Shown here in pieces: positions 57,108 through 57,639 of a DNA stretch of 57,639 nt (the stretch's first letter is position 1; each line of letters begins with the position of its first letter). The DNA comes from a virus. Taxonomy: Duplodnaviria; Caudoviricetes. The notes under the pieces are model-generated. The model saw nothing but the letters and a program-made list of their open reading frames with translations, was not told where the DNA came from and searched no databases. Location: positions 1 through 57,639 of the IMG/VR virus record IMGVR_UViG_3300008110_000066. One strand, 5' to 3'. The translations under genes were made by a program, and so were the position numbers.

Positions 57108-57404
57108 ATGAAAAATATTGATTGTGAGATATACATAAAACAACTAATTTCTTTTTTTGACAAAAATCCTGGTGATTTAATGCAGTTAATTGGTAATGTA
57201 CAAAAAGAAGATTTTTACCTTAAATTAAGAGAAAAATCAGAAAAGAATGTAGATGATGGATTAGATCATGTTTTGTCAAGACAACAAATGATTGATATCG
57301 TATTAGAGTTGAAAATTCCTGAACTATTTGAAGAACCTAACCCTAAGGCTATAGTTGAAGGATATATTCAAAAAACAAAATGGGGAAAAATTATTTTAAA
57401 TTAA
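57108..57404 (+). CDS. Hypothetical protein
   Basis: 98 aa ORF. Confidence 0.6.
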   Translation: MKNIDCEIYIKQLISFFDKNPGDLMQLIGNVQKEDFYLKLREKSEKNVDDGLDHVLSRQQMIDIVLELKIPELFEEPNPKAIVEGYIQKTKWGKIILN

Positions 57405-57406
57405 AG

Positions 57407-57436
57407 TTGGTATTTATTGAAAAATTATTATCTTTG
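57407..57436 (+). promoter_or_regulatory. Bacteroidota-type promoter
   Basis: TTG-N19-TATCTTTG. Confidence 0.6.
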
Positions 57437-57459
57437 TAGAGTGATAAACGAGAAACAAA

Positions 57460-57576
57460 ATGAAAACTATAGAAGTAACGATACAAGAAATCTGGCAGGC
57501 GACTAGACCTATCGTGCAAAAAAGTAAGAAATCATATACTCGTAAAGTCAAACACAAAAACAAAGAAAATAATTAA
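57460..57576 (+). CDS. 38-aa basic peptide with an ArfA-like motif (not in the ORF track)
   Basis: MKTIEVTIQEIWQATRPIVQKSKKSYTRKVKHKNKENN. Confidence 0.6.
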   Translation: MKTIEVTIQEIWQATRPIVQKSKKSYTRKVKHKNKENN

Positions 57577-57578
57577 CT

Positions 57579-57639
57579 ATGATATACACACCAGAACTAA
57601 TCAAATCAATTGCACCGGCAGTATTCGCCACATCACCAT
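57579..57639 (+). CDS. 5' fragment of a probable DUF932/DUF945-family protein (truncated by the window end)
   Basis: MIYTPELIKSIAPAVFATSP resembles the APSVFA N-terminus of that family. Confidence 0.45.
   Translation, partial: MIYTPELIKSIAPAVFATSP

Noticed and set aside
2118-57163. Many 60-130 aa antisense or alternate-frame ORFs in the track (e.g. 23598..23876, 28849..29100, 35590..35982, 52920..53276)
   Set aside because: They lie wholly or largely within well-supported genes and mirror their codon bias or repeats
1-57639. Stop-codon reassignment as seen in some large Bacteroidota phages
   Set aside because: Long genes are intact in code 11, and TAG (e.g. 7274, 41034), TGA (e.g. 29589) and TAA all end genes at sensible places

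Overview
This is an AT-rich, densely coding, mostly + strand segment of a large myovirus-like dsDNA phage using the standard genetic code (TAA, TAG and TGA all end genes). The host is most likely Bacteroidota. Evidence for that is a Bacteroidota-type RpoD sigma factor, SprB-like repeats, an Hc1 histone-H1-like gene, TAnnTTTG promoter elements and mostly SD-less A-rich starts. Gene order: DnaB-like helicase and class Ia RNR (1-4.9 kb); baseplate/tail-fibre module with an embedded glycosyltransferase (4.9-29.6 kb); RuvC-like resolvase and an inverted fibre cassette (29.6-32 kb); primase, exonuclease, SbcD/SbcC, an orphan endonuclease and sigma70 (32-41 kb); a candidate late small RNA, lysis-like genes and putative head-internal proteins (41-47 kb); Hc1, DnaJ, DNA adenine methylase, an LRR protein and a family sharing an N-terminal leader (47-57.6 kb). 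The main hypotheses are: (1) a virion glycosylation system, consisting of a GT-A enzyme resembling plant peptidyl O-glycosyltransferases plus an [S/T]-[G/A]-x-T motif recurring across the structural proteins; (2) a TATTTAT late regulon that includes proteins with an MKIIITExQY-type capsid-targeting leader; (3) a pseudoknotted sRNA bounded by a promoter motif and a terminator. All family assignments come from recognising motifs by eye; no database searches were run.
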